This document shows, piece after piece, positions 63,025-64,000 of a stretch of DNA of 64,000 nucleotides. The stretch's first letter is position 1. Each line of letters begins with the position of its first letter. The notes below the pieces were generated by a model. It had not been told where the DNA came from, made no database searches, and saw only the letters and a list, made by a program, of their open reading frames with translations. The position numbers were made by a program, and so were the translations under genes. Location of the stretch: positions 1-64,000 of the forward strand of contig CP110440.1 of NCBI GenBank assembly GCA_026914245.1, in the 5' to 3' direction. This DNA comes from Puccinia triticina (Eukaryota).

Positions 63025-64000
63025 ATGGCCACATCGATCACAAGAACCATCTCAACAGCAACCAGACTGATAACAGCAGCAGCAGCCTCAGTACCAAAAC
63101 AGCCGCGACTTGCAAACCAGCCCATCAGATTCTCCTCCAACTCACCCTCGACCCCATCATCCGTCGACCAAGTATCAAATAATCAAGCCAACCATGTCGT
63201 CGGTCGGTCGGGGAAAGTCTATTCGCTACGAACGGTAAAAATCGTCGGAGCGATCGGAAGAATGCTCGGATATACCCTCCAGAAGAGTACCGCGGTCACA
63301 CTCACCAGCGATTATTATGATCGATGTGCGGCTAGGTTCGAGATTGAGAAAGAGTTCTGGGTAAAGGGTTAGTTCGCGTTCGAGAACATCTATTGATCCC
63401 ATCCTACTGAAAATCAGTCACTGATATTATGGCATTCAACCCAAGAATGCGGATTGCCTGACTCATTTCAGACCTGGTTCCAAGTCACCCAGTTGCACAT
63501 GTGGTTGATCACCGTCCGATTCAGATCGATGAAAGCCCCACTGGGGAAATACTACCTCCAAGAATTCATCAACCATAGCTTCTTAGACACAGAGGATCGG
63601 ATTCGAGGCCCGCAGAATAAGATCACCAAGGGCACGTTGATCAAGAACTATATGAAGATCCTCCTGCACCAACATCGTGGTTTCCAAACCGTCCTGGACT
63701 GGGCTATCTCTCATCAACCAGAACTCAACCAGAGCGACCAGTTCCTTGCCGGCGTGATCTGGAGGAACTTATTCGGTGCCGCCTGGGGAAGAGGCATGGG
63801 CGGTGTCAAGGGGATCTTCGATTCGAACGAGGAACCATCAGTCAACTCAACTACACCTCACCAACTCTCGCCCTCGACTCCTTCAGCATCCCCACCATCA
63901 TCTCCATCATCAACAACAGCTGCAATTGACGATGGGGAACCCGAACAATCACACTCCTTGGAGAATGATCTCAAGTTCCCGCAAACCTTGGAGCGATTGG
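63025..64000 (+). CDS. CBP3: Ubiquinol-cytochrome c chaperone Cbp3/UQCC1 (runs off window)
   Basis: Mitochondrial-type presequence, intron 63368-63445, ECGLPDSFQTWFQVTQLHMWLITVRFR and DQFLAGVIWRNLF. Confidence 0.92.

Overview
Left end of a fungal chromosome. The gene families, short GT-AG introns and TE types point to a rust fungus (Pucciniales, Puccinia-like; inferred). A (CCCTAA)n telomere (1-343) is joined directly, mid-codon, to the integrase of a Gypsy LTR retrotransposon, which looks like de novo telomere healing. That Gypsy (344-11252) carries an unusual 2.5-kb insert with a spliced antisense ORF. A CSC1/TMEM63 channel gene follows. About 16.6-44.4 kb is a nested TE stack whose boundaries can be read from target-site duplications (TSDs). 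A decayed RecQ-helicase/transposase (AcademH-like) element is split by a full-length Gypsy, which has a 51-nt copy of mature tRNA-Tyr as its primer-binding site (PBS) and holds a solo LTR, and by a gag-only Copia. That Copia's 3' LTR holds a 7.8-kb non-autonomous hAT. The hAT contains a Gypsy solo LTR, a 39-bp hairpin minisatellite and a 5-kb wholly palindromic CACTA element built from a 173-bp satellite. A second Copia with 102-bp LTRs lies distally. Both Copias appear primed by non-Met half-tRNAs (Asn, Lys). The last 17 kb holds host genes: an RRM/NOL8-like gene, a GPI-anchored Ser/Thr-rich protein, VPS10, a small hypothetical protein and CBP3 (partial), plus MITEs. All calls are by eye, without database searches.
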